Source of the DNA: Candidatus Harrisonbacteria bacterium
GTDB taxonomy: Bacteria > Patescibacteriota > Minisyncoccia > UBA6257 > 02-FULL-45-10c
NCBI GenBank assembly: GCA_016192685.1
Contig: JACPTS010000001.1
Span: 394,628 to 458,627, forward strand
Reading direction: 5' to 3'
DNA length: 64,000 nucleotides
Shown here: positions 29,482-38,382 of the stretch, piece by piece
Layout: the number at the start of each line of letters is the position of its first letter
How positions within the stretch are numbered: position 1 is the first letter of the stretch
Made by a program: the position numbers and the translations under genes
Notes under the pieces: model-generated
Told to the model about the DNA's origin: nothing
Database searches by the model: none
What the model saw: the letters and a program-made list of their open reading frames with translations, nothing else

Positions 29482-29547
29482 TAATTTAAAATTAACATAT
29501 TTTTGAGATTGACAGTTAGGAATAAATGGATTATTCTTGGAAAGGTT

Positions 29548-29877
29548 ATGATAAATGAATCTATTTTGCCAAAAATTAAAGCTGGAGCTACGGTGAAAGT
29601 TTATGAGAAAGTAAAAGAGGGGGATAAAGAGCGGCTGGCCCAATTTTCCGGTTTGGTTTTAGCGAGAAAACACGGCAGTGAACCGGGCGCCACTTTTACC
29701 GTCCGGACGACGGTAGCCGGAGTTGGCGTGGAAAAAGTTTACCCAATCCATTCGCCGGTAATTGAAAAAGTGATGATTTTGAGTTCGCCAAGAAAGGTAA
29801 AAAGGGCAAAGCTTTATTATGTCCGGGATCTTTCCCGCCGCCAAATTCGGCAAAAAGTAAGCGCCGCCCAACAATAA
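29548..29877 (+). CDS. rplS: 50S ribosomal protein L19
   Basis: L19 signature ...GDKERLAQFSGLVLARKHGS...RRAKLYYVRD. Start chosen at the internal Met matching L19 length. Confidence 0.85.
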   Translation: MINESILPKIKAGATVKVYEKVKEGDKERLAQFSGLVLARKHGSEPGATFTVRTTVAGVGVEKVYPIHSPVIEKVMILSSPRKVKRAKLYYVRDLSRRQIRQKVSAAQQ

Positions 29878-30002
29878 GCCAACTTTTTTCTTTTTAGTTC
29901 TTGATTTAAATATTTTTTATTAATATATATTGGCATACGCTATTACCTTGAGGTATGGTATAATATATTATTAAATATTAAGCGCCAGGTAGTAATAAAA
30001 AT

Positions 30003-30653
30003 ATGGGAAAACCGCAGAATAAAGTAAAAATTAAATGGACATCAGAGTTTGCTTATGCAATTGGCCTTATAACAACTGACGGATCTTTATCTAAAGATGG
30101 GAGGCACATAGATCTTACTTCTAATGATCGTGAGCAACTAGAGAATTTTTTATTATGCCTGAAAAGTAAAAATAAAATTGGATTTAAACATAAAAATCAC
30201 GGTAGCGCTTTGAGGATTCAACTTGGAGATGTAAATTTTTATAAATTCTTAGGCGGGATAGGACTTATGCCAAATAAGACAAAAATAATCCAAGATGTTA
30301 AAGTGCCAAAAAAATACTTCTTTGATTTTTTGCGGGGACATTTTGATGGCGATGGGAGTTTTTATTCTTATTGGGATCCGCGCTGGAAATCAAGTTATAT
30401 GTTTTACACGGTTTTTATTTCCGCAAGTAAAAATCATATTCAATGGATTAGAGAAAGCATCAAAAGGATTTTACAAATAAAAGGTCATATTACTAAAAGC
30501 ATTAATAATTCGGTATATCAGTTAAAATATGCCAAAGCTGAATCGTTGAAATTATTGCCTAAATTGTATTATAGTAAAGACGTTATCTGTTTATCTCGGA
30601 AGCGTATAAAAATAGAAAAAGCTTTGGCAATAATAAATCAAAAGATAAAATAA
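30003..30653 (+). mobile_element. free-standing double-motif LAGLIDADG homing endonuclease gene
   Basis: Two LAGLIDADG motifs (FAYAIGLITTDGSL and FLRGHFDGDGSF). It sits in a very AT-rich patch between rplS and a tRNA, with its own extended -10 promoter. Confidence 0.75.
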
Positions 30654-30654
30654 T

Positions 30655-30740
30655 GCGCGGGTGATGAAATGGTATACATGCCAGCTTGAGGTGCTGGTGT
30701 CCGCAAGGACGTGGAGGTTCGACTCCTCTCCCGCGCACCA
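30655..30740 (+). tRNA. tRNA-Leu (anticodon GAG), encoded with CCA
   Basis: Type II tRNA with acceptor GCGCGGG/CCCGCGC, anticodon arm CCAGC-TTGAGGT-GCTGG, a long variable arm and T-loop TTCGACT. Confidence 0.8.
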
Positions 30741-30798
30741 GTTATATTAACTCAAACCAATTGACACTACTGATACACTTTTGATACACTAATAGCAT

Positions 30799-31026
30799 AT
30801 GGCCTCTATTACTAAAACGCGAATCAATATAAGTTTGCCAGACGAGTTGAAAGAGGCGCTTCATAAACTTGCGAAACGAGACCGTATCCCGGAAGCAACT
30901 AAAGCGGCGCGGCTTCTTGAAGTAGCGCTTGAACTTGAAGAAGATCAGGTTTGGAATGAAATCGCAGAAAAACGAGACAAGAAAAAAGCTCGCTTTGTTT
31001 CGCATACAAAAGCGTGGAAAGAATAA
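30799..31026 (+). CDS. ribbon-helix-helix antitoxin (CopG/RelB-like)
   Basis: 75-aa ORF with an RHH-like N-terminus (TRINISLPDELKEALHKLAKRDRIPEA). Overlaps the downstream toxin gene. Confidence 0.65.
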   Translation: MASITKTRINISLPDELKEALHKLAKRDRIPEATKAARLLEVALELEEDQVWNEIAEKRDKKKARFVSHTKAWKE

Positions 31027-31304
31027 CTTTTGAAATCTTCTACCATTATCTTGTTGCGGAGAACGACATTCCAAAACTCCCAACCTCATGGAAAAAGAAA
31101 ATCCGGCGCGCTATTGATTCAAAACTTGCGACTAGGCCGGACGTCTATGGCAAACCGCTTCGCCGTTCACTAAAAAACTACCGTAAGCTTCGCGTTGGAG
31201 ATTACCGAGTTATTTTTAAAATTGAAAAAAGTGTTGTAAGAATATTTGTTATTCAACATCGATCTGTAGTCTATGCCGTTGCCGAAAAACGGGTTAATCG
31301 TTAA
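31014..31304 (+). CDS. RelE/ParE-family type II toxin
   Basis: 96-aa ORF ending GDYRVIFKIEKSVVRIFVIQHRSVVY (RelE/ParE fold pattern). Overlaps the antitoxin by 13 nt. Confidence 0.7.
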   Translation: MERITFEIFYHYLVAENDIPKLPTSWKKKIRRAIDSKLATRPDVYGKPLRRSLKNYRKLRVGDYRVIFKIEKSVVRIFVIQHRSVVYAVAEKRVNR

Positions 31305-31450
31305 AGAAAATTTTTTAATAATATTCGTAATTATTTGATATAAGAAACGGCAGAGATGCTGGTTTTTATTGGACTTGACAGATTGGCATAAATTTGCTAT
31401 ATTACAATGAAGCTGAAAGTTGTACATTTCTATTAGAAAAGGAGGAAGAG

Positions 31451-32233
31451 ATGAGGGGAAAACCAGCAGTGGTCACCGTTACGATGCACTATCTTGGTGG
31501 TGACTCTCCGTATCTTAAAGCGAAACTCAACAGGGAGATCAGTGAACAGGAATACAATGCCCTATTTCGAGGGTTGACCTCTAAGGGCGCGGAGAAGAGT
31601 GTCTACTACGATCAAACTGATGATACTGGCATCTACGTCGCCAAGAGTGATAACGGAACGTGGGGCGAGGCAAAGTCATATCTTGTCAAAAGCCTGAAAA
31701 AGGTTTTTGGCGGGGCGACTAGCATCACCATCATCGAGCCTCAGTGGAAACCGGTGGCTGGTCAGAAAGCCACGATTCTCACCGGCTGGAACTGGGGCGG
31801 CTTCAAAGTGAAGTTCGCCAAAAAAATATCCAAGGAGCAATGCAGTGCCTTGAGTGAAGAGATCGCCCCCGAGGGTCCAGTCGAAAACGGCATAACCGAA
31901 GGCGAAGTAAAGCGCACTGGCATAGAGTTCAGTATCGAAGATGCCAAGCTGGAAGATGTTGTCAAGTGTCTGAAAGTGGTGCTAAAGAAAATCCTTGGCC
32001 AGAACATCAAGATCGTGCATAAGCATGAGGCGCGAAAGCTGAGGAAATATTCGGTTCCCTGCATGGACTGCAAGAAACTACACCGCGGACAAGATGAACT
32101 CTGTGACAGTTGCAGAGAGGAAGACGAGGGCTACCAATCAGTCATACGTGAGGAAGCAGCTTTGGATCCTACGGGTCCTGCTGCCTACATTATCTCGGGT
32201 GGCCACTCGGAACTACGTCGGGGGTGGAGCTGA
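31451..32233 (+). CDS. hypothetical protein with C-terminal zinc-ribbon (GC-rich, likely horizontally acquired)
   Basis: Perfect SD AAGGAGG 7 nt upstream of ATG (MRGKPAVV...). Compositionally GC-rich relative to flanks. CMDCKK...CDSC near the C-terminus. Confidence 0.55.
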   Translation: MRGKPAVVTVTMHYLGGDSPYLKAKLNREISEQEYNALFRGLTSKGAEKSVYYDQTDDTGIYVAKSDNGTWGEAKSYLVKSLKKVFGGATSITIIEPQWKPVAGQKATILTGWNWGGFKVKFAKKISKEQCSALSEEIAPEGPVENGITEGEVKRTGIEFSIEDAKLEDVVKCLKVVLKKILGQNIKIVHKHEARKLRKYSVPCMDCKKLHRGQDELCDSCREEDEGYQSVIREEAALDPTGPAAYIISGGHSELRRGWS

Positions 32234-32247
32234 AAAAGGAGGTGAAG

Positions 32248-32502
32248 ATGGAAATGATCGTCGGAGTGTTGAAAGCGGGCATGATGGGTCACCGCGCCTT
32301 CGCGGGATTCATGACGGCGCTGGTGTTTTGGAAGAACGCGCAAGTGAGAGAGATCTGTCTCATCCTCGGCCTGATGGGATTCATCAGGGGAGCGATGGCA
32401 TATCTTGGCTTCTCGAAGAGCGACGCACTCATAACATCTGGATTCGTCGCCATCTTCGTAGCCTCTCTCGTCCATGCCGCCATTCGTAAGTTCGGAGGTT
32501 AA
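32248..32502 (+). CDS. small hypothetical membrane protein (GC-rich)
   Basis: SD AAGGAGG then ATG (MEMIVGVLKAG...). Two predicted TM helices. Confidence 0.5.
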   Translation: MEMIVGVLKAGMMGHRAFAGFMTALVFWKNAQVREICLILGLMGFIRGAMAYLGFSKSDALITSGFVAIFVASLVHAAIRKFGG

Positions 32503-32517
32503 CAAAATCTCTGATAT

Positions 32518-32552
32518 GGGCCACATCGTAATTTTTACGATGTGGCCCTTTT
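32518..32552 (+). terminator. strong rho-independent terminator
   Basis: GGGCCACATCGTAAtttttTTACGATGTGGCCC followed by TTTT. Confidence 0.8.
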
Positions 32553-32736
32553 CATTTTGTAAAAGAATTTGCCGCTAAAGAAAAATTGGAAATTGTCACC
32601 CGCCTTCGTTAAAACTTCGGCGGGACAAGTCGGTGCGGCGGTCTTGCCCTGAGTTTATCGAAGGGAGCCGCGGGTAATTTCAGGGCAAAATGCGTTCGGA
32701 CTAATTCAAGAATACCGCACCAAAATTTACTGAATG

Positions 32737-33456
32737 CTAAAAACCGTTTTTTGAAAATTCGTTCAGCGCTTTTTGTTGCGCGTCCTCAAGATGAATGGAC
32801 GGCCGCTTTGCTTTGATGATGGCGAGGGCTTCGTCAACGCTTTTGCCCTTTTTAATAAGGTAGGCGGCCACTAAAGTTGGCGCGCGGCCGTGGCCGTTTT
32901 TGCAGTGGATGTAAATTTTCTTTTTCATATTCACGAATTTTTCTAAAGTTGAAGCGCCAAAATCCAACTGCTCTTTGGTGGGGGCGGAGTGGTCTTTGAT
33001 GGGAATCCAGGTGTAAAATTGAACCCCAAAGGGCGCGTCAATCCGATTTTCTTCCAGAGATATGTCCGCTTCAATGTTTTCTTTCTTTAATTGTTCATCA
33101 AAATGGGTCTTACAACACTGATTCGTTCCGATATAAATGCCGTCGGTAATATAGTTAAAATCCAGTTGTCCTTTCGCCGGAGAATGGCCCAGCGCCGGTT
33201 TTTCTCCCGAAGCCCATTTCGTCAGTTCTTCATAAGAAGTTTCGCCGCAAATAAATTTTCCGCTTTCGGTGTTAATGAAAAAGGGGACGCCGCCGCAAAG
33301 TTCTTTGTCATACTCCCGCATCTTTTTTAAATTTTCTTCATTATGCCAAACCTCGTATTTTTCAATATCAATGCCGGTCTCTTTTTTGAGGCGCGGAAAA
33401 AACTCCGCCATTTTCAAGCAATGCGGGCATTCTTGCCCGTAAAATTCTATAAGCAT
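32737..33456 (-). CDS. fusion protein: N-terminal thioredoxin/glutaredoxin-like domain (CPHC) plus C-terminal dual-specificity/tyrosine phosphatase (HCX5R)
   Basis: FYGQECPHCLKM redox motif at the N-terminus. IYIHCKNGHGRAPTLVAAYLI P-loop at the C-terminus. Confidence 0.7.
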   Translation of the reverse strand: MLIEFYGQECPHCLKMAEFFPRLKKETGIDIEKYEVWHNEENLKKMREYDKELCGGVPFFINTESGKFICGETSYEELTKWASGEKPALGHSPAKGQLDFNYITDGIYIGTNQCCKTHFDEQLKKENIEADISLEENRIDAPFGVQFYTWIPIKDHSAPTKEQLDFGASTLEKFVNMKKKIYIHCKNGHGRAPTLVAAYLIKKGKSVDEALAIIKAKRPSIHLEDAQQKALNEFSKNGF

Positions 33457-33461
33457 ATATT

Positions 33462-33890
33462 TTACTCCACGATAATCGTTCCCGTGTCGCCGGGATTTAG
33501 ATGGTTGTGATATTTCCAGGTGCCGGCAATATCAAATTTAAACGGCCAAGAATCGCCTGGCTGAATTCCTTTGCAGGCATCAAAGGCGCTGCTTATACAG
33601 CCGCCGGTTGCGGGATATAACGTATGCGTCGGATGAATCGCCGAAGCGGTCCACATTGTTTTTGAACTTTCATTTTTAAAAGTAACCGTTCCCCCCTTTT
33701 TTATTGTTAACGCGGATGGCGAAAATCCAGAGTCGGTGTAAGTTACCGTATTAGTTAATGGTTGAGCGGTCGGCTGTTGGCTTGGCAGTTGAGAAACTGG
33801 CGGCGCGGGTTGATAGGCGCTCCTTAACAAGAAGTAACCGCCCGCAGCGATAATCGCTACGGCGACAATAGTAATAATAGTTTTGTTCAT
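33462..33890 (-). CDS. exported cupredoxin-like domain protein (type-1 copper site apparently incomplete)
   Basis: N-terminal TM/signal anchor. C-terminal GTWKYHNHLNPGDTGTIIV resembles the plastocyanin/azurin C-terminal strand but lacks the Cys of the C..H..M motif. Confidence 0.4.
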   Translation of the reverse strand: MNKTIITIVAVAIIAAGGYFLLRSAYQPAPPVSQLPSQQPTAQPLTNTVTYTDSGFSPSALTIKKGGTVTFKNESSKTMWTASAIHPTHTLYPATGGCISSAFDACKGIQPGDSWPFKFDIAGTWKYHNHLNPGDTGTIIVE

Positions 33891-34246
33891 TGATTTATTT
33901 TTTGCGGCAAGGAATCAATCATCAGCGCCAAGGCCGCGACCAAAAGTCCGATATCCCGTACTGTTATATCAGTAATGCCAGCAACCATAAGAACAATAAT
34001 AAGATGGCTTGCTCCGACGAGAGCGGCCAACCAGGTTAAAACATCAATCAACAAGAAAAAACCGACAGTAATATCTAAAATGGCTACCCCAATCATTGTT
34101 TGAGAAACGGGAATTGGTAAAAGTGAAGCCGCCCAAGTTTGAATATAGCCGCCCCAAGCCTCCGGATTTTTGAAAATCAAAACGCCAATCCAAAGAAAAG
34201 TTATGGCCAGTCCGACTCTTAAAATATGGAATGAAGTTTTTTTCAT
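33887..34246 (-). CDS. DoxX-like membrane protein
   Basis: 119-aa, 3-4 TM helix protein in an operon with VKOR. 4-nt overlap with the downstream gene. Confidence 0.45.
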   Translation of the reverse strand: MKKTSFHILRVGLAITFLWIGVLIFKNPEAWGGYIQTWAASLLPIPVSQTMIGVAILDITVGFFLLIDVLTWLAALVGASHLIIVLMVAGITDITVRDIGLLVAALALMIDSLPQKINQ

Positions 34247-34247
34247 A

Positions 34248-34658
34248 TCAAATCACTGTGCTTACCAATATTATAATTCCCATCAGCCAAATAGTAAAAG
34301 CCGACATCAGACACCAAAAACACCAGGCGTGAATGACGCGCCATTGAAGGTAAGTCAGAAAAAAAGATACAAGCGAAGCAACGGCCACTAAAATTTTTAG
34401 AGCGGAATTCCACATAAACATCGGCTCAACCCCAATCACCAGAAACGCGGCAATCAATGAAATAATAATGTAAGACAAAAGCCCCAAAATATCGTTGGGA
34501 ATAAGAAACATTTTGTTGTATTTGCTGGTCAAAACAGTTGCGCAACCGCCGCCAATCGGGCAAATCGGTTTTTCGGAAGCAATTCTCTTGCGGATAAGAT
34601 AAACGGTTTCACTGATGCCGATGGCCGAAAGCGTAAAAAGTAAAGCCAAGGAAGTCAT
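34248..34658 (-). CDS. vitamin K epoxide reductase (VKOR) family protein
   Basis: Loop cysteine pair CPIGGGCATVLTSKY and active-site CXXC (AWCFWCL) in a 4-TM protein. Confidence 0.7.
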   Translation of the reverse strand: MTSLALLFTLSAIGISETVYLIRKRIASEKPICPIGGGCATVLTSKYNKMFLIPNDILGLLSYIIISLIAAFLVIGVEPMFMWNSALKILVAVASLVSFFLTYLQWRVIHAWCFWCLMSAFTIWLMGIIILVSTVI

Positions 34659-34761
34659 GCTGATATCATATTATAAAATTAAAATTTTGAAAAATTTAAT
34701 TCGCTAAAGTTTTCTTCGCTGGAAGCTTTTTTCTTTTTTTAAAAGGATTATAATTTAAATT

Positions 34762-35340
34762 ATGTTTGAGATTATTACCGAAGCGATTGTTTTGGACAAA
34801 GAAGACCTTGGCGAATCCGACAGCCGAGTTTTTTTATACACCAAAGATTTGGGGAAAGTAGCGGCTAAAGCAACCAGCTTGCGGAAAATTACTTCTAAGC
34901 TGGCGGCCCATCTGGAGCCGTTTAATTGGGTAACGGCGCGGCTGGTTTCCCGTTCGGATTTCGCGGATAGCCGGAATTTCCAGCTGGCTGAAGCTCTTTT
35001 AATTGACAATGCCGGAGATTTAAAATCCAATCCGGCCAATTTGCGGCAGGCGATTGAAGCTGTAAATTTAATCCGAAAAAGCATTCCGGAGAGCGCGCCA
35101 GACGAGAATCTTTGGCAAGTTTTGCAGAACATCCGTTCCCAAAAAACAATCTATTCCATTCAAGAAATTTTGAAAATTTTAGGTTTGGATTTGGAGTTTG
35201 CCGGCTGTGAACTGTGCCGGAAACCCGGCCCGGAATATTTTTACCCTAGAGGGAATTTTTTTACTTGCCGGACCTGCCGTTTGGCCTCTAAAGAAACCAA
35301 AGAAAATTTTATCCGTTTATGCGCCTTAATTCAAAAATAG
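34762..35340 (+). CDS. recO: DNA repair protein RecO (short form)
   Basis: N-terminal OB-fold region (EAIVLDKEDLGESDSRVFLYTKDLG) and a C-terminal Cys4 zinc motif (CELC...CRTC). Confidence 0.6.
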   Translation: MFEIITEAIVLDKEDLGESDSRVFLYTKDLGKVAAKATSLRKITSKLAAHLEPFNWVTARLVSRSDFADSRNFQLAEALLIDNAGDLKSNPANLRQAIEAVNLIRKSIPESAPDENLWQVLQNIRSQKTIYSIQEILKILGLDLEFAGCELCRKPGPEYFYPRGNFFTCRTCRLASKETKENFIRLCALIQK

Positions 35341-37043
35341 TTAATTTGACTATCGCGGCTTTCGTCGCTATTTCTTTAGCCAGTTCTTTTTATATTTTTG
35401 TTTTGCGTGACCGAAGCGCTTTGAATTTGGAGCTGGAGGCGCCGGAAGAAATTTTAACCGGAGTTCCTTTTGATTTAAGAGTGAATTTCAGCAATAATTC
35501 CGGAAATTTAATCAGCGATGTCCGATTATCGGTAGTTTTGCCGGAGGGAGCCGCCTTTTTCGGTAAAGACCCGCGAAAAAATATTGATAATAAGCCGTTA
35601 GGCAATATCGGCGACGGCAGTTTGGTTCAGGAAACTTATAAAGTAATTGTTTTTTCCGCCGAGCCGACCGGAAAAGAATTCAAAGCAGCCGTGAATTATG
35701 CCCCGGCGTCTTTGGGGTCCCGGGTCCGTTTTGAAAAATCCGAAACCATAGCGATAGAACCCCGGTCTGCCGGCATTAAGATGGAAATGGCCGCTCCGGG
35801 AGAAACCGTCAGCGGCGACCAATTTTCTTTGGACATTGCTTATCGGAATGTTTCGGAACTGGATTTTTCCGATTTGGAATTGCGTTTGGAGTACCCGCCT
35901 AATTTTACCTTTGCCAGCGCTTCTTTAAAGCCGGATAGCGGCAATAATGTCTGGCTGCTTGGCGATCTTAGAAAAAATTCCGAAGGCAAATTTTCCGTGA
36001 AGGGAAATTTAATCGGCAGCGAAGGCGAATCTTTTGAATTTAAGGCGGAGCTTGCCAGCCGCCAGGGAGGTTATTCTTATTTGGTAAGCCAAGGTTCGGT
36101 GAAGACGGCCATCAGCTCTTCGCCGCTTTCTTTGGCAATTCATTTAAATAACGGAGAAGATTATATTGCCAGGCCGGGAGATAATTTAAATTACACCATT
36201 AGCTACATTAATAATACTGATTCCCTATTAAGCAATGTGGCCATTAGAGCAAAATTAATTGGCGAGCTGTTTGATTTGAGTTCGGTGCAGACTCAAGCCA
36301 CGCCTGCCGGCGGGCAGGGATTTTTTCGGCCAACAGACAGCACTTTAATTTGGAACTCGGCTAACGCGCCGGATTTAGCCTCCTTACCCCCGGGGAAAGC
36401 TGGAGTGGTAAATTTCAGCGTGAAAATCAAAGAAATTTACCCAATCCGCCGTTTCAGCGATAAGAATTTTCTTTTGAAAGTTCAGGCGGAATCTGAAAGC
36501 AACGGGCGGATTTTTAGCAAGGTCCAATCGGAGACTAAATTGATTGGCAAGGCGGAAGTTGACGCCAAAGCTTATTTTAGGGACGCCGAGTCCGGGTTTT
36601 TAAATCAGGGTCTTTTGCCGCTGAAGATTGGCCAGCCGACCAATTTTACTATCCATTGGCTGGTAAAAAGCTTTGCCAATGATCTTTCCAATATTGAAGT
36701 GCGGGGAGCGTTAGGTAATAATGTTAAGATGGTTGGCGCGCCGAAGAGCAATGCCGGAGCACCGCCGTTTTATTCCGTCGGAGGCAATGAAGTAGTTTGG
36801 CAGATAGAAAAAATCCAGGCCAATCAGGGATTAATTGGCATTCCGATTGAAGCGGTTTTTCAGGTGGAAGTTTTGCCGGAGGCCGGCAATGTCGGAAATT
36901 ATATCCAAATTTTAGGGCCGACGGGCATTAAGGCTTTGGATAGTTTTACCGGCCAGGAATTATCCAACAGCGATGGAGCGTTGACTACTGCTTTGCCGGA
37001 TGACTCTACTGTTGGGCAGCAGGGAGGAGTAGTCCAGCCTTAG
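35319..37043 (+). CDS. large hypothetical exported/surface protein
   Basis: 574-aa ORF with an N-terminal TM anchor and beta-rich repetitive sequence. No recognisable catalytic motif. Confidence 0.5.
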   Translation: MRLNSKIVNLTIAAFVAISLASSFYIFVLRDRSALNLELEAPEEILTGVPFDLRVNFSNNSGNLISDVRLSVVLPEGAAFFGKDPRKNIDNKPLGNIGDGSLVQETYKVIVFSAEPTGKEFKAAVNYAPASLGSRVRFEKSETIAIEPRSAGIKMEMAAPGETVSGDQFSLDIAYRNVSELDFSDLELRLEYPPNFTFASASLKPDSGNNVWLLGDLRKNSEGKFSVKGNLIGSEGESFEFKAELASRQGGYSYLVSQGSVKTAISSSPLSLAIHLNNGEDYIARPGDNLNYTISYINNTDSLLSNVAIRAKLIGELFDLSSVQTQATPAGGQGFFRPTDSTLIWNSANAPDLASLPPGKAGVVNFSVKIKEIYPIRRFSDKNFLLKVQAESESNGRIFSKVQSETKLIGKAEVDAKAYFRDAESGFLNQGLLPLKIGQPTNFTIHWLVKSFANDLSNIEVRGALGNNVKMVGAPKSNAGAPPFYSVGGNEVVWQIEKIQANQGLIGIPIEAVFQVEVLPEAGNVGNYIQILGPTGIKALDSFTGQELSNSDGALTTALPDDSTVGQQGGVVQP

Positions 37044-37048
37044 TTATT

Positions 37049-38380
37049 ATGGAGAATTTAATGGAAAAAATAATCAGTCTTTGCAAACGGCGGGGTTTTA
37101 TTTTCCCTGGTTCGGAAATTTACGGCGGACTGGCTAACAGCTGGGATTTTGGCCATGCCGGAACAGAGCTTTTCAATAATATTTCGGCGCTTTGGTGGAA
37201 AAAATTTGTACAAGAGCGTCCGGATATGCTGGGCATTCGCGGGCCAGTACTGATGAATCCGAAAGTTTGGGAAGCGTCCGGGCATGTAAAAAATTTTACC
37301 GACCCGCTGGTGGAATGCCGGGTATGCCACGCCCGTTTTCGGGCTGACAAGGAAAAAGAATTAAAAGAACACGCCAAAGAACATAAAGAAAAAGATATTT
37401 GGACCGAATCAAAATTATTCAGTCTTTTAGTCAAAACTTTTCTCGGTCCGGTAGAAGACCAGCAATTAATGGTTTATCTCCGCGGGGAATTGGCGCAAAC
37501 GATGTTTACTGATTTTAAGATAATGCTGGAAACTAATCGCCGAAAATTGCCTTTTGGCATTGCTCAGATTGGAAAGGTGTTTAGAAATGAAGTTACCACG
37601 GGAAATTTTATTTTCCGAAGCCGGGAATTTCATATTGCCGAGCTGGAATATTTTGTAAAGCCGGGGAAAGAAGACGCTGTATTTTATTCTTGGGCAGAAG
37701 CAATTGAAAAATTTTTGACAGCTGAATTAGGGTTGAAAAAAGAAAATTTGCGGCAATACGAACACCCCTCAAAAGACCTTGCCCATTATTCCAAAGGAAC
37801 TATTGATTTCCAATATCGTTTTCCGTGGGGATGGGACGAATTGTGGGGATTGGCATCGCGGACGGATTACGATTTGAAGAATCACGAACAGCTTTCCGGT
37901 CAGAATTTAAAATATAAAGACCCAGAAAGCGGCGAAGAATTTTGGCCGTATGTGGTGGAGCCGAGCGTTGGATTGGAGCGGCTGATGCTGGCGGTATTAT
38001 TGGATGGTTATACGGAAACTGAAGCGCGTTCCGGGAAAGAAGACGCGGTGCATGAGGTTGAGACGGTGCTTCGCCTTAAAAAATCATTATCGCCGGTCAA
38101 GGTTGCGGTTTTGCCGCTTTCCAAGAAAGAAAATTTATCTAAAAAGGCGCAGGAAATTTATCAAGATTTAATTAAAGATTTTGTTTGTGAATATGATGAA
38201 ACTCAAAGCATTGGCAAGCGCTACCGCCGGCAGGATGAAATCGGCACGCCGTATTGCGTAACCGTGGATTTTGAGTCGTTGGAAGATAACGCGGTTACTG
38301 TTCGCGATCGGGATACTATGAAACAAGATCGTATTAAAATTGCCGAACTAAAAGGTTATTTAAAAGAAAAATTGGCATAA
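37049..38380 (+). CDS. glyS: glycyl-tRNA synthetase, dimeric (archaeal/eukaryotic-like) type
   Basis: N-terminal RRGF.FPGSEIYGG...WDFGHAGTEL, class II motifs and a C-terminal anticodon-binding domain. Confidence 0.85.
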   Translation: MENLMEKIISLCKRRGFIFPGSEIYGGLANSWDFGHAGTELFNNISALWWKKFVQERPDMLGIRGPVLMNPKVWEASGHVKNFTDPLVECRVCHARFRADKEKELKEHAKEHKEKDIWTESKLFSLLVKTFLGPVEDQQLMVYLRGELAQTMFTDFKIMLETNRRKLPFGIAQIGKVFRNEVTTGNFIFRSREFHIAELEYFVKPGKEDAVFYSWAEAIEKFLTAELGLKKENLRQYEHPSKDLAHYSKGTIDFQYRFPWGWDELWGLASRTDYDLKNHEQLSGQNLKYKDPESGEEFWPYVVEPSVGLERLMLAVLLDGYTETEARSGKEDAVHEVETVLRLKKSLSPVKVAVLPLSKKENLSKKAQEIYQDLIKDFVCEYDETQSIGKRYRRQDEIGTPYCVTVDFESLEDNAVTVRDRDTMKQDRIKIAELKGYLKEKLA

Positions 38381-38382
38381 GC

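Noticed and set aside
32560-32736. Possible riboswitch or ncRNA in the GC-rich convergent spacer after the island terminator
   Set aside because: It lies 3' of both flanking genes, so it is not a leader. No recognisable riboswitch consensus was found, only generic GC stems.
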